A DNA stretch of 40,873 bases, taken from positions 1 through 40,873 of the forward strand of contig NW_025214254.1 in NCBI RefSeq assembly GCF_004010195.1, read 5' to 3'. The first letter of the stretch is position 1. Each line of letters begins with the position of its first letter. Positions 1 through 13,408 of this stretch are shown here, piece after piece. The DNA comes from Chiloscyllium plagiosum. Taxonomy: Eukaryota. The notes below the pieces were generated by a model. The model was not told where the DNA came from, did no database searches, and saw only the letters and a program-made list of their open reading frames with translations. The position numbers and the translations under genes were made by a program.

Positions 1-172
1 TCTCTCTCTCACTCACACACACTCAGACACACACACTCTCTCTCTCACTCACACACACACGCAGACACACACTCTATCTCTCACTCACACACCCACTCTC
101 TTTCTCACACTCACACTCAGACACAACACTCTCTCTCAGTCTCACACACACAGACACACAGACACACACACA
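1..172. repeat. Compound (CT)n/(CA)n microsatellite, low complexity
   Basis: Alternating tctctc and acacac runs from the window start. Confidence 0.9.
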
Positions 173-354
173 TGTGCGCACAGTATATTAGTGTGTTATA
201 TCTTCACTAGGTTGACACCTCATTTTTAGATAGACCTCAGGCAGTTTCTGGCATTTCATTCTAAACTCCTCATTGAACCAACATCAATTCTTTGACTGGA
301 TGGTAAGAGGAGAGTGTGGGATATGCCAGGCCAAGAGGATACAGGTTGTATCAT

Positions 355-643
355 TGAATCACTACAGTGTGGAAGCAGACCATTCAGCCCATCAAGTCGA
401 CACCAATCCTTCAAAGATCATCCCAATCAGAGCCACTCCCACCACTTCACCCTATCCCTGTGATCTGTCTTTTCCATGGCCAATTCACCCGAACATGCAT
501 ACCTTTGGATTGTGGGAGGAAACCAGAGCACCCAGGGGAATCCCACGCAGACACCGGGATGAATGTGCAAACTCCACACAATCAGTCAGTGATGGGGGAA
601 TTGAACCCGTGTTCCTGGCATTGTGAGACAGCAGTGCTAACTA
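355..643 (-). mobile_element. HE1-type shark tRNA-derived SINE, diverged, 5' end slightly clipped
   Basis: Minus strand reads ttagcactgctgtctcacaatgccaggaacacgggttcaattcc...tgtgtggagtttgcacattc...tttcctcccacaatccaaagg, with a CR1-like tail; similar to copies at 3474, 22305 and 24189. Confidence 0.85.
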
Positions 644-912
644 TAGTTAAACTCAATTTTACTGTTGCTCATAGCCCACAATACTTCATGCATGCCCAAT
701 AATGAGAAGTTAAGATTAATCTGCTCCGTCTCACTTAGCTCAGTCTGAGTGCAATGCGACATGACTAAAGTTAGGTTATGGCACATTATCTCCACAAGAG
801 ATGGATATCACTCCTACTGATATTAATACAGTCATACACATCAATGACATGTCGATTAGATAGAATGAGGACAAATAGATTTTTCTCTTCAGGGAAAAAA
901 GGCCAGTAACGT

Positions 913-3106
913 GGTGAAACACACCGGGAAGAGTGTCCTATAGTCAGTATCACGGTGAAACACACCGGGAAGAGTGTCCTATAGTCAGTATCATGGTGAA
1001 ACACACCGGGAAGAGTGTCCTACAGTCAGTATCACGGTGAAACACACCGGGAAGAGTGTCCTACAGTCAGTATCATGGTGATACACACACCAGGAAAAGT
1101 GTCCTACAGTCAGTATCACAGTGAAACACACCGGGAAGAGTTTCCTACAGTCAGTATCACGGTGAAACACACCGGGAAGAGTGTCCTACAGTCAGTATCA
1201 TGGTGAAACACAATGCGGAAGAGTGTCCTACAGTCAGTATCACAGTGAAACACACCGGGAAGAGTGTCCTACAGTCAGTGTCGTGGTGAAACACACCAGG
1301 AAGAGTGTCCTACAGTCAGTATCATGGTGAAACACACCGGGAAGAGTGTCCTACAGTCAGTATCGTGGTGAAACACACCAGGAGGAGTGTCCTATAGTCA
1401 GTATCATGGTGAAACACATCGGGAGGAGTGTCCTATAGTCAGTATCGTGGTGAAACACACCGGGAAGCGTGTCCTGCAGTCAGGGTCACGGTGAAACACA
1501 CTGGGAAGAGTGAACTACAGACAGTATCACAGTGAAACACACCAGGAAGAGTGTCCCACAGTCAGTATCGTTGTGAAACTCACCGGGGAGTTTGTCCTAC
1601 AATTAGTGCCATGGTGAAACACACCAGAAAGAGTGTCCTACAATAAGTATCATGGTGAAACACACCAGGAAGTGTCCTACAGTCAATATCATGGTGAAAC
1701 ACACCGGGAAGAGTTTCCTACAGTCAGTGTCACAGTGAAACACACCGGGAAGAGTGTCCTACTGACAGTATCACAGTGAAAAACACCAGGAAGACTGTCC
1801 TACAGGCAGTATCATGGTGAAACACACCGGGAAGAGTGTCCTACAGTCAGTATCATGGTGAGAAACACCGGGAAGACTGTCCTACAGGCAGTATCATGGT
1901 GAAACACAGAGGGAAGGGTGTCCTACAGGCAGTATCATGGTGAAACACACCGGGAAGAGTGTCCTACAGGCAGTATCACGGTGAAAAACACCGGGAAGGC
2001 GGTCCTACAGTCAGTATCATGGTGAAACACAGAGGGAAGGGTGTCCTACAGTCAGTATCATGGTGAAACACACTGGGAGAGAGAGTCCTAAAGGCTGGAT
2101 AGTGGTGAAACACTCCGGGAAGAGTGTCATACAGACAGTATCACGGTGAAACACACGAGGAAGAATGTCCTGCAGGCAGTATCACGGTGAAACACACCGG
2201 GAAGAGTGTCCTACAGTCAGTATCACGGTGAAGCACACCGGAAAGAGTGTCCTACAGTCAGGATCACGGTGAAACACACCGGGAAGAGTGTCCTACAGAT
2301 ATTAGCATGGTGAAACACACCGGGAAGAGTGTCCTACAGTCAGTATCATGGTGAAACACACCGGGAAGAGTGTCCTACAGTCAGTATCATGGTGAAACAC
2401 ACTTGGAAGAGTGTCCTACAGGTAGTATCACGGTGAAACACACCGGGAAGAGTGTCCGATAGTCAGTATCACGGTGAAACACACCGGGACGAGTGTCCTA
2501 CAGTCAGTATCATGGTGAAACACACCGGGAAGAGTGTCCTACAGTCAGTCTCACGGTGAAACACATTGGGAAGAGTGTCCTATAGTCAGTATCATGGTGA
2601 AACACACCGGGAAGAGTGTCCTGCAGTCAGTATCATGGTGAAACACACCAGGAAGATGGTCCTATAGTCAGTATCACGGTAAAACACACCGGGAAGAGTG
2701 TCCTATAGTCAGTATCATGGTGAAACACACCAGGAAGAGTGTCCTACAGTCAGTATCACGGTGAAACACACCGGGAAGAGTGTCCTACAGTCAGTATCAT
2801 GGTGAAACACACCGGGAAGAGTGTCCTACAGTCAGTATCACAGTGAAACACACCGGGAAGAGTGTCCTACAGTCAGTATCACAGTGAAACACACCGGGAA
2901 GAGTGTCCTACAGTCAGTATCACAGTGAAACACACCGGGAAGAGTGTCCTACAGTCAGTATCACAGTGAAACACACCGGGAAGAGTGTCCTACAGTCAGT
3001 ATCACAGTGAAACACACCGGGAAGAGTGTCCTACAGTCAGTATCACAGTGAAACACACCGGGAAGAGTGTCCTACAGTCAGTATCATGGTGAAACACACC
3101 AGGAAA
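913..3106. repeat. 41-bp tandem minisatellite, ~53 copies (GGTGAAACACACCGGGAAGAGTGTCCTACAGTCAGTATCA[C/T])
   Basis: Unit starts at 913, 954 and so on (period 41); head-to-tail with no spacers. Confidence 0.97.
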
Positions 3107-3360
3107 CCATGGTCATTTGCACATAATCATGTTTTCAGATCTATAAATAGTTTATTACAATACATCTGGGTTGATCATGCTATTTCAAATTGCAATATGT
3201 TACAATATGTTCATACATCTTCTTTAAAATTTTATTTGTGAATTTATAGTTCATTCTAATCAACAATTGTCAAGGTTTGTCAAATGTGATGATACTTAAA
3301 TTACAATTTTGCTTTCATAAATCATATTTGTTTCACTCAAACAATTGAAATTGTACTTAT

Positions 3361-3440
3361 TTTTGCCCGAAACGTGATTTCGCTGCTCCTTGGATGCTGC
3401 CTGAACTGCTGTGCTCTTCCAGCACCACTAATCCAGAATC
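3361..3440 (+). mobile_element. Penelope-like element terminal-repeat (pLTR) fragment with truncated hammerhead 3' half
   Basis: ttttgcccgaaacg...ggatgctgcctgaactgctgtgctcttccagcaccactaatccagaatc; 3393-3440 is identical to the 48-nt arm at 37461-37508. Confidence 0.75.
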
Positions 3441-3473
3441 CTCTATCTATAAAAGCTGACTGTCTCTTTACAT

Positions 3474-3794
3474 GAGATTCCTTACAGTGTGGAAACAGAC
3501 CCTTTGGCCCAACAAGTTCACAATGACCTTCCAAAGAGTAACCCACCCAGACCCATTCCCCTACATTTACCCCTGACTAATACACCTAACACTATGGGCA
3601 ATTTAGCACGGCCAATTCACCTGATCTGCACATCTTTGGACTGTGGGAGGAAACCAGAGCACCCGGAGGATGCCCACGCAGACACGGAGAGAATGTGCAA
3701 ACTCCACACATACATTCACCTGAGGCTTGAATCGAACCCGGATCTCTGGCGCTGTGAGGCAGCAGTGCTAACCACTGAGCCACCGTGCCACCCC
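3474..3794 (-). mobile_element. HE1-type SINE, near full length
   Basis: Minus strand starts ggggtggcacggtggctcagtggttagcactgctgcctcacagcgccagagatccgggttcgattc (A and B boxes) and ends in a CR1-like tail ttgggccaaagggtctgtttccacactgtaagg. Confidence 0.92.
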
Positions 3795-6314
3795 ACGATC
3801 GTAGTCTGTACTTACATGAAGGCAAGGAAATCAAAACGGAGTGAAAGCTTGAAGCAATCAATATTGTTGCGCTTTGATCTACTAACAATCATTGGCTAAC
3901 TTTGCAATCATTTGCAGTGGAAATATTTAAATTCATATTTTGTTTGAAAGAGATTTTAATCTAAACAAATCAGACGATCAATACATAGTTTATTTAACTA
4001 ACAAATAAATAAGGACTTCACCCTACACGTACACACATTTTGTTCAAAATGTGAGGAAACCAATATTTTCCAATAAAGTGGTGTCTTAGACAAGTAGGTT
4101 CACTTGAAGCATTTACCATTGAGTCACAGCCAGGACTAATTAGCTGACAGATCACTCATCCATTCCACGTGGTTTCTGCAGTTCATTTATGCAGAATCTG
4201 GAATGGAACACAGCAGCTTTGGACATGAACTCCCAACATATTGCCATTTATCAGTGCCTTGGAGAAAAGTATCCCAGTCCTTGATTTTCAGAACTAGCAC
4301 CACAATGACTGACTGCTACAAAACAAATCATTGGCATTAAATGTAAAGGCAATACTAAGGCTCCCTATAGATTTTTAACTTTTAATTACAAGCTGAGAGC
4401 ACAGGAACATCACTAAGCACGAGAAAATCCAACTCTCAGAAAAAAGCTGCTATATGAGTTGGATTTTCCACTGATTCCCAGACAGTGAAACCCTTCTTAC
4501 CACTAAGGAGCTCTGGTTTATTTAACTCAAGGGTTTTGTGTAATGTGTTTGAATCAAAAATTAGTTCCACATGATCAAGGACAAATTGTACTTATAATGT
4601 GGAACCAACCGATTGAGAGGTAGGGTTTAGCAAATCTACTTTATAAGCAAAATCAGATAGCAAAAAAAGGGACTATTTTCCTTGCATTGCTTCATTGAGG
4701 AGTGTCTGATTAGTGCAAAACAGACAATGTTAACTATTGACCAAAGTTAGGATATCAGTGCTAACCAGGAGGCAGAGGTGAGTCCACTCTTGTCACTGGC
4801 ACTACGAGAAACATGCAAGTATGTGAAAAACAAGTATCAATGGACTATTCAATAGGAAGCCTCCAGCATTTAAGATAGCTCCATATTCATCCATTAAGCA
4901 CAAGCAATCACAGACGCATTCTTCTTTCAGGGCCTGCTGAATAACAATCAAGGATGACAGCTCTGGTCAACTTCATCTCTCTCATGCAGGTATGTAAGCT
5001 ATGTCCTTGAAGGCACTGAACTTTAAAATTGCAATAGCACAGCTTTACAAAATGTTATATTTTGTAAAAAGAAAAGTAGGAAAGAATTTTACCTACCTAA
5101 AAGGTTAGTGAACAAAAACATTTTGCACATCCATGGGCATCATAGAGAATTAAGGATGGATCCTAAGTAATGAAGGTTATAGCACCACAAGTGAAAAGCT
5201 AGCTATTGTACATTTTGTTATATTAAAATACCACAGTTTCTCAAAACCATAAGAGCCTAAAACATCTGGATATGTTGCTACTGCCCACAAAGTTTATACT
5301 GACCTGGTGATGCCATATCTTCCAGGATCTTCAGATGCCAGCAGAGCCAGGACTAGGCAATACAACATCTCCAGGTTAAATCAATCTAGTGTAAGAGAAG
5401 GGACAGAGTGGACACACTCCCTTTTTTAAAAAATTAAAACAACTGGGGTGCTGTATTCAGGTAAGCTTTTAAAAGCCCAAGTCTTCAAGAGAATGAGTGT
5501 GGTTATGTGGTGATTGAGTGGGTGAAGTAAGTTGGTGGGTGGTTGAGTATTCAGATGACCTGTTGTTTGGGGGTGGGGGGAGGGGGGGGTTTGCTACTTG
5601 AGTTGACAGGTAGTTAGATGGTCAGGGGGAAGATGATGGATGTAGGATTGGTTGAATTACATTGCTATTAGACCAGTATTAAACTATCTTGTATTTCCAG
5701 GATTAAATATGAAGGTGAACCCCATTTATCTGGCCCAAATTTCTGGACTTGCTGAGTCTCTGCACTTGAATTCAAGGAAGGCAAAAGGCATCAAGGTATC
5801 AGACCATCAGAAAATGTAAACATTCCTGGGAAATTTCCCAGGTAATTCCCATATAACCTGTTAGGACTTATACAAGTCCCGTGAGAAACCACAGCCCAGC
5901 TCAGATTGCCAGGAGAAAGAAGTTTTGGCACACAATTGTTTCCACTATTTCATGTCTACAAAAATAAAGTTACTTCTTTTTTGTCACCTTTTTTCAAATG
6001 TTACCTGTCAATTATAAATTCAAATGGTGACTGACTGTGTAAGTTTGTCAAATGTAATTCCACAAATTGTGTCTTAGGTTTTGGCCCAGCTCCTTACCCT
6101 ACACTGTTTAGATACCCCTGTGCTCCAAATCAACTTTATTTCCCAGCATCTTGCAATTTGCTATTTAATTATTCAAATAACAATAAGGCACAATAATACA
6201 ATGACAACTGAATTACATATGCACATGATGTGGTCTAGTTAAGATTTACTCAACCCTGACTTCAGAGTCCAAATCCTCTGTGTTTCCCATACTAATACCA
6301 TGGCTACTACACTG

Positions 6315-6533
6315 GTAAAGTCACTATAGTTCTAGAGAACCAAAGGGCTGCTCTCTCTCATTAGAGAGAGACAACTGGTGGTGAGTTTAACCTGAGGATA
6401 ACCATGCCCCAGGTTAGAGGCAAGATTGTAGAAGGCAGGACTTCCACGGTGACCTAAGCTAGCACAGGAATTGAACCTACATTGTTGGTGTCACTTTGTA
6501 TTGTAAACCATTCATCTAGCCAATTAAGCTAAC
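6315..6533 (-). mobile_element. tRNA-derived SINE (second family)
   Basis: Minus strand gttagcttaattggctagatgaatggtttacaat...gtaggttcaattcctgtgctagc; homologous to the plus-strand copy at 28614-28812. Confidence 0.7.
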
Positions 6534-6684
6534 AAACACCCGGCTTCACTAGCGCTTATACTTGCATCAATAAGAAAGTAACTCAACATACACCTGTTAT
6601 AATTCAACCACAATAATTTCTGCCTAATACTTAATCACAAATAGAATGAAAGTACAAAGAATGCCAATTATTTATTACGAATTT

Positions 6685-6775
6685 GAGTCACCGGACTCAA
6701 AATACTAAGTCTGCTTTCTCTCCACAGGTGCTGCCAGAACTGTGAAGTTTCTTTAGCAATTCCTGCTTTTGTTTC
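6685..6775 (+). mobile_element. Degenerate PLE terminal-repeat fragment
   Basis: gagtcaccggactc stem followed by ctgctttctctccacaggtgctgccaga...agcaattcctg; same family as 16678 and 35703. Confidence 0.6.
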
Positions 6776-7029
6776 CAATTATTTATTGTTGGTTTCTTCT
6801 ATCACATGCGAGTTCATAATAGCTCCAAAATTTATAAAGAAACTTCTTCAGCAATAAGAATTATTGCCTAGAATTCTAGAATGTTATAGCAGAAAGGAGG
6901 CTATTTGGCCCTTATTTTTAAAACTCAAGATATACCCAAGAGCAATTAAATTAAATTTGACCTTAGGTTGTGTTCACTTACAGTAAGTAGACCTTTGGGT
7001 ATTAAAACAGGACATCTCATCTATATGGG

Positions 7030-7268
7030 GACACCATCAGCTTCATGTTCTTTTCCAAGCCACTCATCATCCTGACTTCTATTGCCTTTCCTTCACTGTC
7101 GCTGCATCCAAATCCCGGAATTCCCTCCCTAATGGCATTATGGGGTCAGCCCACAGCAGGTGGACTGCAGTGGTTCAAGGTAGCTCACCCCCACCTTCTC
7201 AAGAGGCAACTAGGGATGGGCAATAAATGCTGGCCAGCCAGTGACTCCCACCTCCCACAAATGAATTT
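7030..7268 (+). mobile_element. 3' tail of an old CR1/L2-group LINE
   Basis: ggactgcagtggttcaaggtagctcacc...ggcaactagggatgggcaataaatgctggcc; same tail follows the RT fragment at 9150-9705 and recurs at 17250 and 39802. Confidence 0.7.
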
Positions 7269-8800
7269 TTAAAAAGTCATGCCATGGCAGCAGAACAATA
7301 CTATGGATCATATGGCATCACTTGCTTAACCTTATATAAAAATGTAATTAAAAGACATTCAATTTGCCACATGTAACTGTATGACATCTACCAGTGAATT
7401 GATCATTTAAATGTATTTACGCGATGAGCAAGAATGATCTCACATTCCTGAGCAGTTTACTGCAAGATGGAAAATTATATTTTTACTGTGCTCACACACT
7501 CGAGCATATACCAGACCTTGATCAGCTCTGGCTTTTGTAAATACTATTAGTTTTATTCTAAAGTAATGGGAGCTTCGTGGTGACTTTGGTTTTAATTACC
7601 TGATAAAACTTGCCATAAGTATTTCATTTTATGAATTCTTCCCAGTACATTTATTTTGAAAGTGTTTTCACATATGGAATAAGTTACTGTTGTGTCATAT
7701 TTTGTTGCCATTTTACATATAACTTTTCTACTCCATTTGTTCATATGTATTTCTTGTAGTTATTTAATTTGTGACATTTGCTTTTGTATTTTTCTGCCCA
7801 CCATCACTTGCTGTGTATATTTTATGTATTTGGAGTTGATATTTATTTCATTCTATTTTTATCTCATTTTATTCCTTGTCTAATTTTTCTGCTGATTTCA
7901 CTTTATCTGTACCATTTTGTTGGTTTTCTCTTCCTATTTGACTCCATGTTTTTTTTCTAATCCTCACAGCTCTCCTTTTCCTGTATCATCCTTTTACTTC
8001 CAACTTTTTTGTGCAATTGCTTCATATTTCAAAAACAGTCCTGGCAAAATTGGGAATCAATGGAAATTGGGGGGTGGGGGGGGGGGGGGGCAGGGGAAGC
8101 TCTCCACTAATTGTAGTCATATCTAACACAGAAAGGAAGATGTTTGGGGTTGTTAGACATCAATCAGCTTAGCCCCATGCTCTTCAAACTAGTGTCTATG
8201 GCCAGACAGGCCGCTCAAAATGATAAAGTTTATGATGGATTTGATGAAAAATGGGCAAGGACTAAAGCATGCTGGGAAATGGAAACCTGCCTTGACCAAA
8301 GTGACTATGCTAATGAACATGCTGCAGAATCCAGACAAACTGCAGCTCCCAACAGGCAGTTTGCAACAAACTTGGTAGCTGCAAACCCGACAATTCATAC
8401 CTGAATTTGGATTTGAATAGGGTCAATGGAATGTCATCCTCAGACCAATCGGACACACTGAGGTGTGCACCAGACACGGATACCTCATACCCTTATTTGG
8501 AGGAGGCTACATGCATCCAATGCCTCCAGGAATGGAGGCCAAAGGATCATCCTGCCATCAACATGCCAACCCCTGGTCACTCAATCGATCAGGGTGATTG
8601 AGCCTGTTCGATCCATTGGTGAATGGTGAAGACCCTTCCAAGAGGGATTTGGAGTATCTGAATCACCGCAATACCACACTCATGGCATTAACTTGTGAAT
8701 AAACACTGAAGAGAAGACACTCCAGGACTCCTGGGGAGGAGAAGACCAGACAATCACCACTTTGTGGATCAAGGCCAAGATGTGGTGTGGTGGTATATGA

Positions 8801-8995
8801 CCATCCAGAGTTAAGTGTCGAGAGTGTGGTGCTGGAAAAGCACAGCAAGTCAGGCAGCATCCGAGGAGCAGGAGTTATACCTGAAATGTTGACTTTCCTG
8901 CTCCTTGGATGCTGCCTGACCTGCTGTGCTTTTCTTGCACCACACACAACTCTGGATGGAGAAAGTGAGGACTGCAGATGCTGGAGATCAGAGTC
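8801..8995. mobile_element. Fold-back insertion of PLE terminal repeats, rearranged
   Basis: Imperfect inverted arms ~8824-8873 and 8896-8946; same sequence as the terminus of the PLE at 25863; outer 12-bp inverted repeat at 8801-8812 and 8948-8959. Confidence 0.8.
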
Positions 8996-9149
8996 AAGTT
9001 AAAGGACAAGATATTTGTTTATATTTATAATGTGAATTATTAGTTTATAGTGTATTTTATTGGTATAGTATTTTGTTAAATAGATATTATTGTTTATTAT
9101 TGAGTCAACTCTCAGTTTCTTTGCTGGATATAAAAGAATTGAATACACT

Positions 9150-9705
9150 GTGACAGGTGCAACATGTCCTCGGTCAACTGCCTTTATCTGCCTCATTAAT
9201 GATGTTCTTTCCATTGTCAGATCACAAGTGGAGATGTTCACTGATGATTATACAATGCTCAGTACCATTTGCTACACCACAGTTACTGAAGCACCCCAAG
9301 TCCATATGCAGCAAGACATGGACAACTTGGGCTGGTAAGCAGCAAGTAACATTTGTGCCAAACAAGTTGCAGGCAATGATCACCTCCAACAAGACAGTAT
9401 CTAACCATTTTACCTTGACATTCAGTGGAATTACCATTGCTGAACAGCCCCTATCCTATTGACCAGATACACAGGAACACCACCACCTGCAAAACTCTCT
9501 TCAAACCATTCAGTATCCAGACTTGGAAACATTATTGCTACCTCAAGTTGTTGGGTACACATCCTGGAACATCCTTCCTAACAGCGTTGGGGGTGCACTT
9601 ACACCACATGGACTTCCAGAAAGCAGCCTACTGCCATCTTTTCAAGGGCAATTAGAGATGGGCAATGAATGCAGATCTATCCAAAGATGCTCACGTCCGT
9701 GAACT
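9150..9705 (+). mobile_element. Degenerate non-LTR retrotransposon fragment (CR1/L2 group): RT remnant plus 3' tail
   Basis: ORF 9090-9338 contains FICLINDVLSIVRSQVEMFTDDYTM (FADD-type RT motif) and HMQQDMDNL; stops and deletions. Confidence 0.8.
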
Positions 9706-12700
9706 ATAATAATAAGTCTATTTGCTGCTGCTCTGTGCACAGTAAACATCCTCAGTATATACAAGGGCAAGTGACTGACTGCACAAAAGAAAACCTCTTA
9801 TTTGGGAAAGAGGTTTTGTTTTCTAACTCCTGCACAAAACTGCCTAATATTTACAGATGAGCATGTTCATTATTTTATAATCTAATAAATGTACTTCACA
9901 CAATGGCAATAATAAATTTGGAACTGAGAAACTATCTTTGACTTTTTTTCTGTCATGATATTATCTGTGAATGTTGCCATTCAGAATTTATCACCCAGGA
10001 AAGCAGTTAAACAGCCTCTACCATATTTGATACAAATAAAAAGCCAGTGCAACTATTTTCTTTGCTCTGCCCATGCTGGTGCCTGAGGGGAGCCCATGCA
10101 TCTTGTTACAGTATTTAATTACACAATGCTTCTTTAGTCAATCCTGCTGCTAGTTCAGAATGATATCTTGATGACTGATGTCAGGTGTGTGGAGGTTTCC
10201 CATTCCAATCAAAATTATTCATTTTATGAAGCAAAGGGACACAGTTAAATGATATCTAAGCAGGTCCTTCAGCCCAGCTAGTCTGTTTCAACATTTATGC
10301 TCTGTGTTTATGTTTTACATTTAAGATTTTCATGTACAAAGTGCGAATGAAGCATCAGCTATTCCTCCGGGGAACGTTCAATTACTAGTCTCTCTGCAAC
10401 TGAGTTTGGCAAAATAGTCAAGATGTGGGCAACATGAGTGTTTCCCCAGCCTCCCCACCCTCAAGCAGGTTAAGTGGTATCTATACTGGGTTTTCTATCT
10501 CCAAATACCACTACAACGGAGCACATTATTTATACTGTAGTTACATTCATTGATTGAAGCTTATGTCTCTCTAATCCCTTCAGAAGTTTTCAATCAATGC
10601 TCTGATGTATTCAAACTTAGCAGAATCAGAGAAGCAGCAAAGCCAATTCCCCATGACACAAGTAGCCAGGAAGTATCATGTTCATCTATTTGTTGGGATC
10701 AGCCTTCATCCATTGAATCGAATCTACACAAAAAGCAGTGGCAATATTGTGACTGCAAACATTGTTACAAAATACAAATATAACACTGAACAATGGCAGC
10801 ATTACAACAAGGATACCAATACCAATGGCATGTGTATCCTCTCTGTGAACTTGAGTCAAAAATAAATTGAACCCTCCAGGTCAAACAAAGAAATTTAAAA
10901 ATAAGTAATTTATTCCTCATTAACTTAAAAAGAAAGGGAGTTATTGTGACCTTACTCACACTGTCATATGATCAGCTCAGAGTATTATTTAGGGGAGTTA
11001 AAAATTTATACATGAAATCTTAATTATACTGAAGTAAAAGTTATACTAAATGAAAGTTATAATTATTAGGAAAATAGTTGTAATATTTGACAGTCCATGT
11101 AACAGTCTAATTAGGTTGACTATGAAACTGGATACTGGCTCCTGATAGTGACTGAGTCTTAAATAACATTCCCTCTTAATATTCTAGTAAATAAAATTTG
11201 TCCAACAAGGTAATTAAAATAATATCTCTTCTATTTGTCCATACACTGCCATTCAGATGTCTTGGATTATTTAGTTAATATTAACTATTTCCAGCACATT
11301 CTTCCTCTCATTTTACCAAATACCAACTCAGATTTTGGCACAGAATTCTGTTGAACAGCAAGAGACAGACAATCATTGCATTTACTGCAGCTGAATTGAG
11401 AGGGGCAGTACAAAACAAAATATTCAGTGAACACAGAGCAAGAGAATGAAGAAAGATTTGCTCTAACCTTTTTTCAGACCCAATCAGACAATAGCATTTG
11501 CAGTTGAAGTAAGCATAGGCTTGCAGTGTCTATCAATCGTATTTACTGACAAATTAATCAATTGCCAAGTGCAAAGGTCACTGCAAACTAGACTGGCATC
11601 ATTTGCAGACTGCATCTGGAGCCTCTGCCTGATAAATCATGTTTAAGTTTCTGTTCATTTTGGTTTATATTTAAAAAAAGAGCATTCACAAAATCCGTTT
11701 ATTCTTTTGCTTTTAACAGCAATTTTCCAACCCTGCCAAAATTCATGGCGCATGAAGAAAAGCTTGTTGATTTACTTAACTTTTCATCTGAAGTTTTGTT
11801 TGTAATAAACCTGGAATAGATGTACTATCCTAGACCTTGATTTTAGGGTCTTTATACCAGATTCAACAGAACATACCTTTACACAATATTTTCAAAGTGC
11901 AGTTTCTCTCAGGTAGATTAATTGTGTTAATGACATCATTAGGTCACAGACCTCTATTATCAATAATAACTAGGAAAAGTCACTTGCAAAATGTCTGCTG
12001 TGAGCAGCACAATTAAACCTAAACCAATTCCTCATTTTACATTTGTGTAAACTAAAGCTTTAAATATTAAATAAAAACGAATTGCAATATACGCTACTTG
12101 TTAAACTGAAATATATTAAGAATACAATATTTACCTTAAACAAAAAAAATATTAAGTTTTATGCAAGTTGGCAGCAATATTTGTTTAAAGTTTGGAACTA
12201 CAATTACATAATATTGAGAGGTTGGCACTTATTAGATGTTCTAAGTTGAAGATGGCAGTAACACTCTGCTAATGTATACTTACATAAGCTTAAAATACAC
12301 ATTAGAATATGTGGAAAAGCATGTGCACTTTATGCATATGAACTAGTCAACATCAACTTTTTTCACTTAACATATTGCTTATGAAATTTGCTGGTGCCAC
12401 ACAACTAATTCCTGTTTGTTGATGTTCTTTCACATCCCTCTGTCAACTATTGATAAACTATCTGGGTGGCAGCTGTACTGGGACCCAGCCCACACAGCAA
12501 TCACAAACACAGTACACCGATTACTCAGGAATATGACCAATTCCCTCAAATTTCATGCCAGACGGAAAACATAGAATGAAGAACAAAATTCAGTGACTTA
12601 AAAAAAAGTCTTGTTAGGAAATAAATCAACAGAGACCACTTTTGAACAAAAACAAAATGCTCTATTTCCTGTGGCAAAATTCTGAAGCAGAAGACTTATT

Positions 12701-13408
12701 AATGAGATCTTTGAAATAAATTATCCTATTCAGTCCTGTCTCTACTGGCCTGTGGGCTTCCTTAATTCTTGTAATGTCAAAGATGTGCCAGCCAGTACAA
12801 CAGTTAACCTCAAAAGAACTTCATTAAGTGTGTAAACACTGTGGGGTCCAGTCATTGTGAAAATTGCTTTGTCAATGTAAGTCTTTTTTTCTCTTATTAG
12901 ATTAGCAACTGTTTTAAAAATAGGTACTTTTTGTAGGTGATCCTTAGTTTTCATGAAGGAGGGACATTTGTCTCTATTTTCCCCTCATTTTAAACACAAA
13001 GGTAGTATAATTTATAATTACTGCGTCAACTATGAACCTATGATCATTACTAAAAAAAAGTCATAAAGTTGAAGCTTTTCATCAGTCCCTCATGGGGGCT
13101 AGCATGCAAGAAACAAACTTAGAAAGGGAACATAAATTTACCTAAATTGCACTAGATTTTTACATTGCAATGATGTTGATTTTATGATTGAATATCTTAA
13201 AATGTTGTTACTCAAAATATTGACAAAACTGAAACATGAGTATTTCTGAGCACTTTGAATAGGATTTTAAAATGTTGTTCCCATTATAATATCTCGATAG
13301 CTGAGTAACGCAGATAATTTGTGAAACCCGAAACGTAGAAGTTAAAACTATCAAAATAACAACGCCTTTCGCTAACATTCTGCCCAATGTTATACCATGG
13401 ATGATTAC

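Noticed and set aside
2839..3060. V(D)J recombination signal sequences (CACAGTG heptamers)
   Set aside because: No ACAAAAACC-like nonamer at 12 or 23 bp and no V/D/J segments; the heptamer is a variant of the repeat unit.
913..3106. CRISPR-like array or repeat-protein CDS
   Set aside because: Units are contiguous with no unique spacers, there are no cas genes, and the context is eukaryotic. The 41-bp period shifts frame and introduces regular TGA stops.
3720..3794. Additional tRNA genes at SINE heads (also 22590-22660, 28614-28690, 38041-38100)
   Set aside because: A and B boxes are present but there is no complete cloverleaf, and each continues into a SINE body.
273..3899. ORFs 273-626, 367-702, 3489-3899 and 3592-3888 (also 22329-22580) as genes
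   Set aside because: They are translations of HE1 SINE copies (recurrent LDCGRKPEHP / GGTVAQWLALL peptides).
5569..5589. G-run as a functional G-quadruplex (also 8069-8096)
   Set aside because: Simple homopolymer tracts with no supporting context.
8144..8800. Possible coding exon or retroelement ORF
   Set aside because: Short broken frames with no motif I can recognise; left unassigned.
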